DNA from: Octopus vulgaris
Lineage: Eukaryota
Length of the DNA: 64,000 bases
Assembly: GCA_951406725.2 (NCBI GenBank)
Contig: OX597826.1
Coordinates: 4,216,001-4,280,000, forward strand
Direction: 5' to 3'
The translations under genes and the position numbers were made by a program. Below, in pieces: positions 12,639 to 25,497 of this stretch. The notes under the pieces were generated by a model. That model was not told the origin of the DNA. It saw nothing but the letters and a program-made list of their open reading frames with translations, and searched no databases. The first letter of the stretch is position 1. Each line of letters opens with the position of its first letter.

Positions 12639-14334
12639 TATATATATCTGTGTGTGTGTATACACACACACACACATATATATATATGTATATATATATT
12701 GGTTTATATATTCGTTTTGCAAGATTCTTGATGTGAAATCGTGTGTTGAAACAGATATTGTTCTATTTGGGGATGGTCATGTTGCCAGTTTAGCTAATAA
12801 TAACACACGCACAATATATTCGGTGTTAATTTGCTTCAGCTTTATTTCATTTTTACATTAATTTTATTTCGGGCAGAGTTCTTTTGTCACACTTCTGTGA
12901 CCTCATCAGTAGTCCTTTGCTTCCTTCTTTCTTATATGTGTGTCTCTCCTTACTAAAGAATCAACCATTTTGTATGTTGTATTCCTATTGTATGTGTCTT
13001 TATTTGTGCATGCATGTGTCTATGTGTGTCTACGTGTGTCTATGTTTAGTAAGTACGTCTCCACACACAAACGTGCGCACTTTTGCGAAATAAAGTCAAA
13101 TTTTATGGGAATTTGACCCTTCACAAATAGATTCTCCGAATTTTGTCGTTGCCATAGCGTAAAGTCAAACAAAGTTTATGAATAACATCGTATACCATCA
13201 AAATTTATTTTTAATAAACAGTGTTTCTGCCGAATGAAATTTGCAACGAGAAAATTTTTTCTAAATAATTTTACTTAATTTTAAAATGACATATGTTAAA
13301 AATATAATAATTATAAGACGAAGAGCAAATACACGAAATATAAACAAATAAATTAATGTTGCAACGAACAAAATAACGATTGACATATTCAAAAATTGAA
13401 AATTGATAATTGAACATGTTCTTTCCAAAACATGTTTATTTGCACTCGTACAGGTAAATATGGCGTAAAATATTACGGGCGAGAAATAACCATTATAAAA
13501 TGAAATTATAGAAGCCTTTAATACAGGCCTTTACAACTTCGCTAAAAACGACTTGTAAGGTGCAAAAAATAACTCTACAACCAAGAAATTAAATAGATTT
13601 AAAACATTGCGAAAAACGTTATTAATGCTTCATCGAACAAAAAGGAACAAAATTTAGGTAAGAGGTTGCAACGTTGGAATACAGTCTAACATAGCAACAA
13701 CTTACAACTCGAAATGAATTGCACAACTCTTAACAACCTTAAAACCAAGTAAATTGCTACTATCTGAAAATAGGTAAGCTCCGCAGAATATATAAAATTA
13801 CGTAAACTGTATATTACCTTAATTTATCACAATTTTATTAACAACCCAAATGTAAATATAGGTTGACTAAGCTAAGAAGAACTAAATTGAACATAGACTT
13901 GTTTGGTAATTCCATGGATATTGAAAACAGTCCTACCATAGTAGTTTTTTTTTTTATAATGGCATCGTGGATTAGTCTTCTCTCTTCCCGTTAAAGATTG
14001 TTAAATAGGTACTACGAAAAATATTTATACATACATATGTGTGTACGTGTGTGTGTGCATGTGTGGTTAATGAATCGTATGGTATACACCTGGTAGTTTG
14101 CCGATAAGGCACGTTCACTGGTATAGTGTTCGGTGGGTATATAATTATTGAGGGTGACAGAAGATGGAAGATACAATATTTATTGATCACTGGAATTGTT
14201 CCGACCCATCTAGCATCGATCCCTTGTGACTGGACTATTGTATAAGTGATTTATCTATATGATTGGTGTAAATGTGACGCTTCAAGTGATTTTAGGAGGT
14301 ATCTCGTTAAAATAAACTGTTTCGCTAAACTTTG

Positions 14335-14365
<31 letters not shown>

Positions 14366-14605
14366 CAAATAAGATTCAGTTAAATTAGGTACTTAAATTG
14401 AGGTACCTTGTTAGGTCGGAGTAACATGCACTCCCAAATATATCAAACTCGGTGCAGAAAGGCCAGCACCGTGCCACAGAGGTGCCACAAATTCATGCAG
14501 ATAATAGGACCGAGCTTAGTGAAGAGATCCACGCTTGGCTATTCAGACATGTACTTTATATTAAAATAATTTCTATATTTCCGAAGCAAAGATTTCAGGA
14601 TTGGT

Positions 14606-14962
14606 GAATAAAGTATAAATGAGTAATAAAGATGTACAAGTGTCATTTCATTACGGCCGTTTCAAGCGACTCATTTAATCGATTAATAAAAACATTACGT
14701 CATTTCAGAGAAACCGTTTTCGTCACATGACTGCATGAGCTTCAAACATAGAGGATAATTCGACCGGTTTAACAGAATCACAATTCCACATTGATTCTGC
14801 TGCTGTTCAGTTGCCTGGTCCTTTTTATTTGAAGTTCATGCAGTCATCTGACTAAAACGGTTTCTCTGAATTGATGTAATATTTTCATTAATCAATTAAA
14901 GTAGTGCCTTGAAACGGCCGTAATGAATTGATACCTATACTTTTTTGTTACTCATTTATTCT
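14606..14962. repeat. Long imperfect palindrome (~150-bp arms)
   Basis: Left arm TTCATTACGGCCGTTTCAAG...TTCAGAGAAACCGTTTT.GTCA.ATGACTGCATGA.CTTCAAA is mirrored at 14828-14930. Confidence 0.9.
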
Positions 14963-15597
14963 ATATATTTGAGTGTCTATGTGTGTATGTGTGTGTACCC
15001 TTTATAGACATGTTCTTGTACATATGAATGAACACGCTTATATGTGCGTGCGTGGGTGTGTGCATATACATGTTGGATGGATGTATTTGTATGTATTTGT
15101 ATGTGTGTGTATATGCATATTATATATGCAAATGTACAAGCAAATGCGAGTGCATGTACATACATATATATGTATAGGTTTGTGTGTCTATATGTGCGGG
15201 TGTGTACGTGTGGGTGCGAGTGTGAGTGTGTGTAAGTTTGTTTGTGTGTGCGTGCGCACGGGTGTACCAGTGTGTGTGTGTGTGTGGCGGTTGGTGTACG
15301 TAAATATATATGAGTTTTTGTGTCTATAAGTGTGTGTGTGTGCACCAGTAAGGGTATGTGTGTATGTGTGGGGCGGTCATTGTGCGTGTAAATATAGAAG
15401 GATACGTACGTATATATGAGCAGCGTGGCGCTAGTGCCTATATGGGCGAGCGTATGTAAATGTGAGTGAATATGTTTACCTATTTAGAGGATGACCGATG
15501 TCTATCGATATGTATGTATATGTGTGCGCGCGTGCGTGTGTGTGGTGGACGCATGTGAATGTATAGAGGTGTGCGCGCGCACATATACATATACATA

Positions 15598-15768
15598 GGC
15601 GCAGGAATGGCTGTATGCTAAGTAGCTTGCTAACCAACCACATGGTTCCGGGTTCAGTCCCACTGCGTGGCATCTTGGGCAAGTGTCTTCTGCTATAACC
15701 CCGGGCCGACCAATGCCTTGTGAGTGGATTTGGTAGACGGAAACTGAAAGAAGTCCGTCGTCTATATG

Positions 15769-15801
<33 letters not shown>

Positions 15802-16020
15802 TTGTGTGTCTGTGTTTGTCCCCTTAGCATTGCTTGACACCGATGCTGGTGTGTTTACGTCCCCGTCACTTAGCGGTTCGGCAAAAGAGACTGATAGAAT
15901 AAGTACTGGGCTTACAAAGAATAAGTCCCGGTATCGATTTGCTCGACTAAAGGCGGTGCTCCAGCATGGCCGCAGTCAAATGACTGAAACAAGTAAAAGA
16001 GTAAAGAGTAAGAGAGAGTA
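15598..16020 (+). mobile_element. SINE family A, full length (tRNA-like head, CORE-like segment, internal (TA)n(TG)n, LINE-like tail)
   Basis: Near-identical to the copies at 35992, 53999 and 56811. Confidence 0.9.
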
Positions 16021-16629
16021 TGCGTGTGAGTGTCTGTTTGCACGTGTGGGTAGGTATAGCCAGCCACAGTCCAAAATCTAGAATGTGACCATGGTGTTAT
16101 GCTTGACTGCGCTGACCATGCCAGCAAACGCTTACGCATGCTAATGCCGCTCAGTCTAAAGCCATAAACACCCCCTCCATATACACTAGATTCTCTTCTT
16201 TTTTTCTGATCTTTTAGCAACGACTTCCCGACCACAAACATAAACACCTGCACCCCTATTCATAGTAAACGCTTTGTGTTTTTACCTTTCTATTTTCTTC
16301 CTGACCACATCTTCCTCACTTTACCAAATAGGTCGGAACTGCTAGAATCACACTATCAGCATATATAAAATGTAGATAAAATGTAAATCTGAGAACTTGT
16401 GAAGCATCTTACGTCACCTGACGTTGCTCTTTTGCACCTTGCGTTGCATCTGGTGTCATTACATCGTTCCACACCGACTAGGGAGCAGTGCAGAATGTAA
16501 CCGAAACGATTGTTGTGTTAATAAATGCATCTAGTTACACTCCGTCTTCCGAATTAATCTTTTAAAATCATATATGTGCGTGTGTGTGTATACATATATA
16601 CACACATCCTCTCGCTCTCTCTCTTTCTC

Positions 16630-16664
<35 letters not shown>

Positions 16665-17071
16665 CACACACATATGTATATATATGATGCATTATATCTA
16701 CTGATTACGGGTGATACCAATTTTAAATAAATACCTAATATATATTGCTCACGTCTAAAGCCAACCAAAACTTGGAAAATAACCAATATGTGTTATAAGT
16801 ATTCCCAGAAAAAAATTTTTAATGTCTTGTTCTGGTATCTACGTCAACTAATATTCTGACTAGCCTGATTAATACTGCGCATTTTGTCAAAGATCTTTTA
16901 AAACGATAGTTGTCACTGAGAAAATTCATTCTGTTAAAGATAATATTAACGTCTACATACATAGAAATAGAAGAAAGACTTATGTCATATCTTTTTCTAC
17001 AACTTACACCTCTGTTGCAAAAGGTGTAAAGAATTTTAATCATTTTACTATATTTCCATTTAAAATACAAA

Positions 17072-17936
17072 TACGAGATGTTATCAAAAGGTTCCAGTAT
17101 TAGTAATGCTTTTAAAAAATAACTTATTTACCTAGGTTTCAGCATAATCTCCTTCGAAATAGTCGAAGTGCACAGTGATATACCGGTCCCAATTTACCTG
17201 CCGCTTTTGGAATGCGTCCTGCACTTCGATCTTGATCTCGACAACGGTGTTAAAACGGGGACCGTTGAGCTGCATTTTCATCTTGGAGGAGATATGTAAG
17301 TTCGCAGGAGCCAACTCTGGAGAATAGGGCAGGTGCTGAAGCGATACCAGCTTGATTTTGACGAGAAACACACGATTGAGGAAAGCTCAGTGACAGAGAG
17401 CATTGCCGTCATGTAGACTCCAGTTCTTCGCGCTTCACAGAACAGAATGTTTTCGCCGAATGTCCTCCATCAAACACTTCAAAACGAAGAAGAACTCTCG
17501 ATTGATGATCTAGCCCTGTGGGAAGAATTGCCGATGCACAATACCGCGGATGTCAAGAATAAAGATAAGCTCACTTTTGATTGAGTTGCGGCTCTGTCGT
17601 ACTTTTCGAAGCGCCCGTAATATGAAAAACATTGCGTACAACTCATTGCCTTGTCGCCGTAAACTTGCCGAAATATGCTCACTGTCTCTTTAGCAGACTT
17701 CCCAAGTTTAATGCAAAATTTTGCGTTCTTTCCTTGTTCCAACTTCCTGTCCATGGCAAAAATCGCAGACTCCGACATACACGTAGTCATAAAACACAGA
17801 CTTCACAACTTGCGAAGTAAACAAGGCGATGTTACACGATAGACTTCTTCATGAAGGTCACGGCTAGTTCTCACTGCGCACGCAACCGTCTGCTACTATA
17901 TTATGATGCGCTACAGAACTAGTCTGGGAACTCGTA
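17072..17936 (-). mobile_element. mariner DNA transposon, internally deleted and decayed
   Basis: HTH region EQGKNAKFCIKLGKSAKET...VYGDKAMS; catalytic region HLPYSPELAP...YFEGD. Decayed TIRs TACGAG..AAAGGTTCCAGTATTAGT and (reverse complement) TACGAGTTCCCAGACTAGT. Confidence 0.88.
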
Positions 17937-17980
17937 TCATTGACGAAAACACCGCTAGAATAATTTATTCTTTTAATATT

Positions 17981-18374
17981 CTTTTCTACTCTAGGCACAA
18001 GGCCCGATATTTTGGAGGAGGAGGCCAGTCGATTACATCGACCCCAGTACGCAACTGGTACTTAATTTATCGAACCCTAAAGGATGAAAGTCAAAGTCGA
18101 CCTCGGTGGAATTAGAACTAAGAACATAAAGACAGACGAAATACCTATTTCTTTACTACCCACAAGGGGCTAAACAGACGGGACAAACAAGGACAGACAA
18201 ACGGATTAAGTCGATTACATCGACACCAGTGCGTAACTGGTACTTATTTAATCGACCCCGAAAGGATGACTGGCGAAGTCGACCTCGGCGGAATTTGAAC
18301 TCAGAACGTAACGGCAGACGAAATACCGCTAAGCATTTCGCTCGGCGTGCTAACGTTTCTGCCAGCTAACCGCC
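17981..18374 (-). mobile_element. SINE family B with duplicated central domain and 16-bp TSD
   Basis: Two tandem CCGAGGTCGACTT..TCATCCTT.GGG.TCGAT.AA.TAAGTACCAGTT modules. TSD TTATTC(T/C)TTTAATATT at 17965-17980 and 18378-18393. Confidence 0.85.
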
Positions 18375-18980
18375 TTTTTATTCCTTTAATATTGCATCCT
18401 CAATCACAAAATTTATCATCAGAGTTCCTTGCTATAGAAATAATGCAATTTCCTTTCTATGTACATGTAGCTCCACTATCATCATTTTTTTTTGTCCACG
18501 TATGCATGTCCGTGTGACCCTGTCTATCTATCAAACTGTACCAAGCACTCTTCATCAAGTATCTGCAGAATGAGAACCTGAAACAGTTTCACTCAAAAGC
18601 TCTTAAATCTCCTTGCTAATAATAAATATAGTTCCTATTTAAAATGGTGATATATGCACCTCTAAATATACCAAGTTAAGGCTATGTCGCGTTAAAATGA
18701 TATAACACAACCTTATCCAGATATGTTATGAATTTAAAAGAAACAAGTATAACTGCTGTTAAAATATGTCGGCCAATTCGAATTGTACTTCTCTGTACAT
18801 AACATTGTAACATATTTTTCACTCTATCTCCTGGCGTATGAATGTTGATGTGTGTGTGTCCATTTTTATTGGTCCATTTTTAGAGATCAAACATGGAAAT
18901 GGATCGTCGTCGTAGGGAGTCATATCGGCTAACAACTTCCATTACAATTATTGTTTTAAACAACACATTTGTCTAAAGTG

Positions 18981-19020
18981 AAAACTGCGTTTCGGCGTCA
19001 TTATCACCTCTTCAGTTACA
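18981..19020 (-). ncRNA. Minimal hammerhead motif, core intact, weak stem I
   Basis: Minus strand TGTAA-CTGAAGA-GGTG(ATAATGA)CGCC-GAAAC-GCA-GTT-TTCAC. Confidence 0.55.
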
Positions 19021-20022
19021 AAAACTCCTCAGAGTTTTGCAGTTAATAGTAGTTGTCACTACATGTATAAGCTAAAACATACATACAAGCAAAGATTGTA
19101 AATACATAATGTATGCGTGTATAAATATATATATATATATGTGTGTGTATGTGTATGTATGTATGTATGTATGTATGTATGTATGTATGTTTATAGATGT
19201 TTGTATGTATATATGGAGAGGCGTAAAACAAGTCAGTTTCTTACTATTGTTATGAATCTTTTTTTATTTTCCTCCATGGGCAAATAATGATTCTTATTTT
19301 AATTTTCAATTCTTCAATTTTAAAATATGTCAATGATGGGTTTTTTTTTCTTGTTTTACATGCACACACCTGCTTTTTTTTAATTTATATATTCTATTTT
19401 CATTTTAATCGTCATTTTTCTTCTTATTATTATTATTATTATCATTAAATCTTTGTAAACGTCACTTATACAATGACACGTCCACAAGGAATATTTGTAT
19501 TAAAACATTTTTTCCGATACAAATTAACAACTAATAAGAACAAACCATAAACTTGTTTTTCCTTTAAATTGTTCTGGTTTTTTGCGAACATATGTGGGTG
19601 TGTACGTGTTCACGTGAGTATACACACACACACACGCGCGCGCGCGCATACACACACACACACACACACACGCACACACATACATGTTGGATTTTTAAAG
19701 AAACGGCAATGAAAATTGGAGTTTACGAAATATTGTGATGTTTCAGCTTTTATTAAAATGTGTGGGAATGCGTGTGAGCGGGCGCATGTGTGTGTTTATG
19801 TACGTGTAGGTGTGCATGCGGACGTGCATGCGCGAAGCAAAACACTAGCGATCGGTAGCACTGACGCGGTTTCGATTCGAACCATTTCATTTAGCATGCT
19901 AATAATGATTGCGCGTAAAGCCCTACATTTAAATCTATACAATTTTGCATCTTAGAATATTGATGGAGCTGTCAACCTTACACAAGAGAGAAGAAATACA
20001 TATTGCTGTCGAACCGGGTTTC

Positions 20023-20320
20023 GTGGAGGCGCAATGACCCAGTGGTTAGGGCAGCGGACTCGCGGTTTCGATTCCCAGACCGGGCGTTGTGTATGTTAAT
20101 TGAACTAAAACACCTAAAGCTCCACGAGGCTCCGGCAGGGGGTGGGGGGTGGCGAACCCTGCTGTACTCTTTCTCCCTAATTTTCACTCACTCTTTCTTC
20201 CTGTTTTTTGAGTAACGCTACGATGGACTGGCATCCCGTCCAGCTGGGGGGAACATACGCCACAGAAACTGGGAAACCGGGCCCATGAACCTGGCTAGGC
20301 TTGAAAAGGGCGCATAGAAT
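20023..20320 (+). mobile_element. SINE family C (tRNA head) with V-domain-like tail
   Basis: Head GTGGAGGCGCAATGACCCAGTGGTTAGGGC...TTCGATTCCC; tail CGATGGACTGGCATCCCGTCCAG. Imperfect TSD GT(C/T)GAACCG(G/T)GTTT. Confidence 0.8.
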
Positions 20321-20517
20321 ATAACAGAGTTGAACCGTGTTTATCCGTAAGCGTATAGACCTTTGACCCAAGGTCGTATTCCTGACCCACTCGTCTTTGA
20401 TATTTGGTTATTTGGGATCACATAACATAAGGGGCCATTTTCTCTTTATTTGAAAACTGAATCTCACACCTGAGTCTTTCACGCTGGCTTCATCAAAGAT
20501 AATGCTGCTGTTGCTGT

Positions 20518-20863
20518 TGAGCGAACGGTCTTCGTCCCAGAGCTCACAAGATGGGAGAAGTCCGAAACGTCCTTTGCTATTCGTAAGGCTCGCAGAAGAG
20601 AAAGCAGGTCAACCCCCGACACCGAGAGCATCGACGGATGGATGAATGCGCATCCAGGCTCAGTGGTTGCGTAGGGAGTCGGGGACAAGAAACAGGAAGA
20701 AAGAGTGAGAGAAAGTTGGAGCGAAAGAGTGCAACAGGGGTCGTCACCACCCCCTGCCGGAGCCTCGTGGAGCTTTAGGTGTTTTCGCTCCATAAACACA
20801 CATAACACCTGGTCCTCCGACCGCGAGTCTGCTGCCCTAACCATTGGGCCATTGCGCCTCCAC
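20518..20863 (-). mobile_element. SINE family C with a different tail
   Basis: Same head as the 20023 copy, unrelated 3' half, flanked by TGCTGTTGCTG on both sides. Confidence 0.8.
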
Positions 20864-20894
20864 TGCTGTTGCTGCTAAAGTATCCTCGTTAAGA

Positions 20895-21098
20895 CCGCAA
20901 GTTGGCATGCCGCACAAAATGCTTATCGGCATTTAATCTGTATATTATTTCTGAGTTCAAATTCTGACGTGGTCGTCTTTGCCGTTCATCCTTTCGGGAA
21001 CGATGAAATAACTACCAGCTTATCACTGAGGTTGATGGATTTAATCGATTAATCCCCTCCATGCATGATTCTAGGCCTTATGCTTATAGTAGGAAGGA
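20895..21098 (+). mobile_element. SINE family B, old monomer
   Basis: TCTGAGTTCAAATTCTGACGTGGTCGTCTTTGCCGTTCATCCTTTCGGG is a degenerate family B domain. Confidence 0.6.
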
Positions 21099-21214
21099 TT
21101 GTTATTACTGTTGTTGCTTCTTCTTCTTCTTCTTCTTCTTCTTCTTCTTCTTCTTCTTCTTCTTCTTCTTCTTCTTCTTCTTCTTCCAACAGGCCTCAAG
21201 CCATTAGCCACAAA

Positions 21215-21317
21215 GAATATTCTCAATAAACACTCACAATGGCCGGTCTGGGAATCGAAACCGCGTTCTTACGGCCGCTAGTCCGCTGCCCTAACCACTG
21301 GGCCATTGCCCCTCCAC
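21215..21317 (-). mobile_element. SINE family C head fragment
   Basis: Reverse complement of the family C tRNA-like head. Confidence 0.75.
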
Positions 21318-21454
21318 TGTTGTGGCCGTTGTCTTTGTTGTTGTCGCTATCGTCATCACTGTCATCCTCGTCGTCAGCGTCATCCGTGTCGTCCACATTG
21401 CATTTATTGTCGCTGTTGTTGTTGCTATTACTCTCATTGCTATTCTTCTGACCG

Positions 21455-21495
<41 letters not shown>

Positions 21496-22046
21496 GTTGT
21501 AATGGCTTTTGTCATCATCACTATTGATTTTTTGTTTGTTTATTTTTTTTTTCTGGCCAGGGACATTTTCTGTTCTGTTATTGTTGCTATCGCTTTCTGA
21601 CCCATTATTTCTGCCGCCGCCATTGATATAGCCGTTGCCGTTGTTATTGCCGCCATTTTACACAACCATGCAAACCATACCACAACACTATACGAAACAC
21701 TGAAGCCAAAAGCCACAAACACACAACAAAATCCCAGCAACATACTCCCACCCCTTGCATCTTTACATATCACATCCCACCCTTCTCTTACACTTTCATC
21801 GCTTTCTGCAACCATCTTTTTTTCTCATATCGCCTCCTCTTTTCCGCATTCGTTTTTTTTTTTATATATATATATTTTCACTGTCATTTCTCTATACATA
21901 CATAGAAGGGGAAACTACCCTAAGGCCTATCTGGCCCCTATTTTTGTGTTCAGTGGTTTTCTTGCCAATATTTCAATAACACCTTATATCAGCTGCATAA
22001 AATGTTATTTCTATATATCTATTTATTATTATTATTATTATTATTA

Positions 22047-22086
<40 letters not shown>

Positions 22087-22130
22087 TTATTATTATCATT
22101 ATTATGATATATATGTATTTATATATATAC

Positions 22131-22174
<44 letters not shown>

Positions 22175-22289
22175 CGTAACTTGGTCCCTTCCCTCTGGCA
22201 CCACCAGAAGTCTGAAAGGATGGACACTGTTGTAAATATTGCCACCGTTGTTATTATTGTTATTGTTGTTACTTTTTTTTAGTTATTTA

Positions 22290-22635
22290 GTGTTGCTGGA
22301 GGTGATCGCCGTAGCTGTGGTAGTGGTAGTTGTGGCGGCGATAGATATGGTGGTGGTGGTGGTGGCGGCGTTGGTGGAATTGGTGTTGGTGGTAGTGGTG
22401 ATGGTGGTAGTCGATGTTGTGATGGTGCTTGTGGTGGTTGTAGCGGTGGAGATTGTGGTGGTGACGGTGAGGTTGGTCACTATGGTGGTAATTGTTGTGA
22501 TGATGGTGGTCACGGTGGTGCTAATGCTGATTCAAGTGGTAGTGGTGGTGGTGGTGACGGTGGTGATAGTGATGGCAATGGTGGTCATGTCGATAGTGGT
22601 TGTGGAGGTAGAGGTGGTGGTGGTGGGGGGTGTAG
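22290..22635. repeat. Degenerate (GGT)n trinucleotide tract
   Basis: Direct inspection. Confidence 0.9.
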
Positions 22636-22727
22636 AAGTAATTATGACGTGGTTGTTCTTGTTATTATTTATGTTACAGTTAACATCCGTTTGGCTAGTC
22701 GTTGTTGCGATGTTTCCGTTGCTGATC

Positions 22728-22736
22728 TTATTATTA

Positions 22737-22803
<67 letters not shown>

Positions 22804-22865
22804 CATTATTATTATTATTATCATTTTTATTATTGTTATTATTATTATCATTATTGTTATTATTA

Positions 22866-22932
<67 letters not shown>

Positions 22933-22946
22933 CATGATCATTATTA

Positions 22947-23001
<55 letters not shown>

Positions 23002-23078
23002 TATCACTATCATTATTATTATTATTTTTATTATCATTATCATTATTATTATTATTAGTATTATCATCATCATCATCA

Positions 23079-23115
<37 letters not shown>

Positions 23116-23303
23116 CATTATTATTATTATTATTATTGTTGTTGTTATTATTATTATTATTATTATGATCATTATTATTATTATTATTATTATCATTATT
23201 GTTATTATTATCATCATTATTATTATTATTATTATTATCATTATTATTATTTTTATTATTATTATTATTGTTATTATTATTATTATTATTATTGTTATTA
23301 TTA

Positions 23304-23373
<70 letters not shown>

Positions 23374-23378
23374 CATGA

Positions 23379-23445
<67 letters not shown>

Positions 23446-23519
23446 CACTATCATTATTTTTATTATCATTATCATTATTATTATTATTAGTATCATCATC
23501 ATCATCATCATCATTATTA

Positions 23520-23568
<49 letters not shown>

Positions 23569-23651
23569 TGTTGTTGTTGTTGTTGTTGTTATTATTATTA
23601 TTATTATTATGATCATTATTATTATTATTATCATTATTGTTATTATTATCA

Positions 23652-23682
<31 letters not shown>

Positions 23683-23758
23683 CATTATTATTATTTTTAT
23701 TATTATTATTATTGTTATTATTATCATTATTATTATTATCATTATCATTATTATTATT

Positions 23759-23821
<63 letters not shown>

Positions 23822-23903
23822 TTCATTATCATTATTATTATTATTTTTATTATCATTATCATTATTATTAGTAGTAGTATTATCATCATCATCATCATCA
23901 TCA

Positions 23904-23943
<40 letters not shown>

Positions 23944-24150
23944 CATCATTATGATCATCGTCATCATTATTATTATTATAGTTATTATTGTTATAATTAT
24001 TGTTATTATTATCATCATCATTATTATCATTATCATCATCATTATTATTATTATTATCGCCAATATTATTATTATCGTTATTATTATTATCATTATCATT
24101 GTTATTATCATTATTATTATTATTATTATCACCATCATCATCATCATTCC
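22728..24150. repeat. 1.4-kb (TTA/TCA)n microsatellite with ~440-bp higher-order periodicity
   Basis: Interruptions recur in the same order: ATCATGATC at 22931/23372, ATCACTATC at 23003/23444, TTAGTA-TCATCATC at ~23055/23487/~23870. Confidence 0.92.
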
Positions 24151-24611
24151 TTCCGTCGTCGCTGTTGTTGTTGTTGCTGCTGTTTTTCTTGTTGTTGTTG
24201 TTGCTATTACAACTCCTGGATTTGTTGTTTCTGCTAATGCTGTTTCCTTTACATCACTGTTATTATTCATGTCATCGTTGTTGTTGTCGTTGTTGTTGTT
24301 AATGGTATTATTTTATTGTTGTTCTTGCCGCCACTGTAATGCATTCTTGTTCTCGTTGTTATTGTTCCTAAACCTTCTCTCTCTCTGCAGCCGCCATCTT
24401 TATATCAATATTGCTGATATCGTCCATATTATTTTTTCTTCTTCTTGTAGTTGTTGTCGCTCTCGCTGCTATCAATCTTCTACTCTTGCTGTCAATCATA
24501 TATTTACTCATTGATGTTCTTGTTGTTGTTGTTATTAATAGCAGTGGTGGTGATGTTGTTGATGATTTCTTGTTATTATTGGTATTGTTTTGTTGTTGAT
24601 GTTTTGTTTTC

Positions 24612-25130
24612 GTTATTGTTGTTGTTGTTGTTGTTGTGGTGGTGGTGGTGGTGGTGGCGGCGGTGGCGGTGGCGGCGGTGGCGGCGGTGGCGGTTGTGGA
24701 GGTACTGGAAGTGGCGGCGGTGGTGGAGGTGGCGGCGGCGGCAGTGTTGCTGGTTCTGGTACTAGTAGTAGTGGTGTTGGTGAAGAACAGTGGAGGTGAT
24801 GATAGCTGTGATAATGCTAATGGAGGAGGAGCTGGTTGTAGTAGTGTTGGCGGTGGTGGTGACAGCGGTGGTGGCGGTGACCGTGTAGAGATGATGTGGT
24901 CATGGCGGCGGTAGTGGTGATGCTGCTGGTGGTGGTGGTGGCGGTTGTTGTTGTGGTGGTGGTGGTGGTGGTGAAGAACGTGGTGGAGGTGATGGTAGTG
25001 ATGGTGGTGGTGGTGGTGATGTTAATGACAGCGGTGATAATGCTAATGGAGAAGGAGATGGTGGTAGTGGTGATGATAGCAGTGGTAGTAGTAGTGGTGT
25101 TTGTGGTGGCGACAGTAGTTGCAGTGATGT
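24612..25130. repeat. (TTG)n then (GGT/GGC)n degenerate tract with an internal ~190-bp duplication
   Basis: TGGTGAAGAAC...GTGATAATGCTAATGGAG occurs from ~24778 and again from ~24969. Confidence 0.85.
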
Positions 25131-25497
25131 TGTTTTCTTTATTGTTTTGCTTTGTTTTGTGCTTTTTTTTTTCATTTTAATTTTGTTATTGTTGTATTGT
25201 TCCGATCGCCGTCAGGTAAAACTTTGCAGCCAACCTCGTTCTCTTGTCGGCCAATCTACATAGGGGGCGCCACTTAAGGACTGTCACATGTTCTCTTCTC
25301 ATACTTTCATCCACTCGGTTCCAATCCTACCTGCAGCTTCAGCGTTGAAGAAAAGGCACCCCACCTCCACAGTATTCTTACAATACCCGGGACCGAGTGA
25401 GACGAGGAATGAGAGCGGCAAGACAGAGTAGAAGTGAGAGAGAGAGGGGAAGGGAGAAGGAGAAGAAATGTGTGTGGGGGGAAGATGAAGAAGTTCT

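Noticed and set aside
22649-24514. 621-aa and 533-aa poly-Ile ORFs
   Set aside because: Stop-free frames of a (TTA/TCA)n microsatellite with no complexity or domain.
24590-24799. Gly-rich ORF resembling a structural protein
   Set aside because: Part of a GGT/GGC tract that is equally open as poly-Val or poly-Pro; no signal peptide or splice support.
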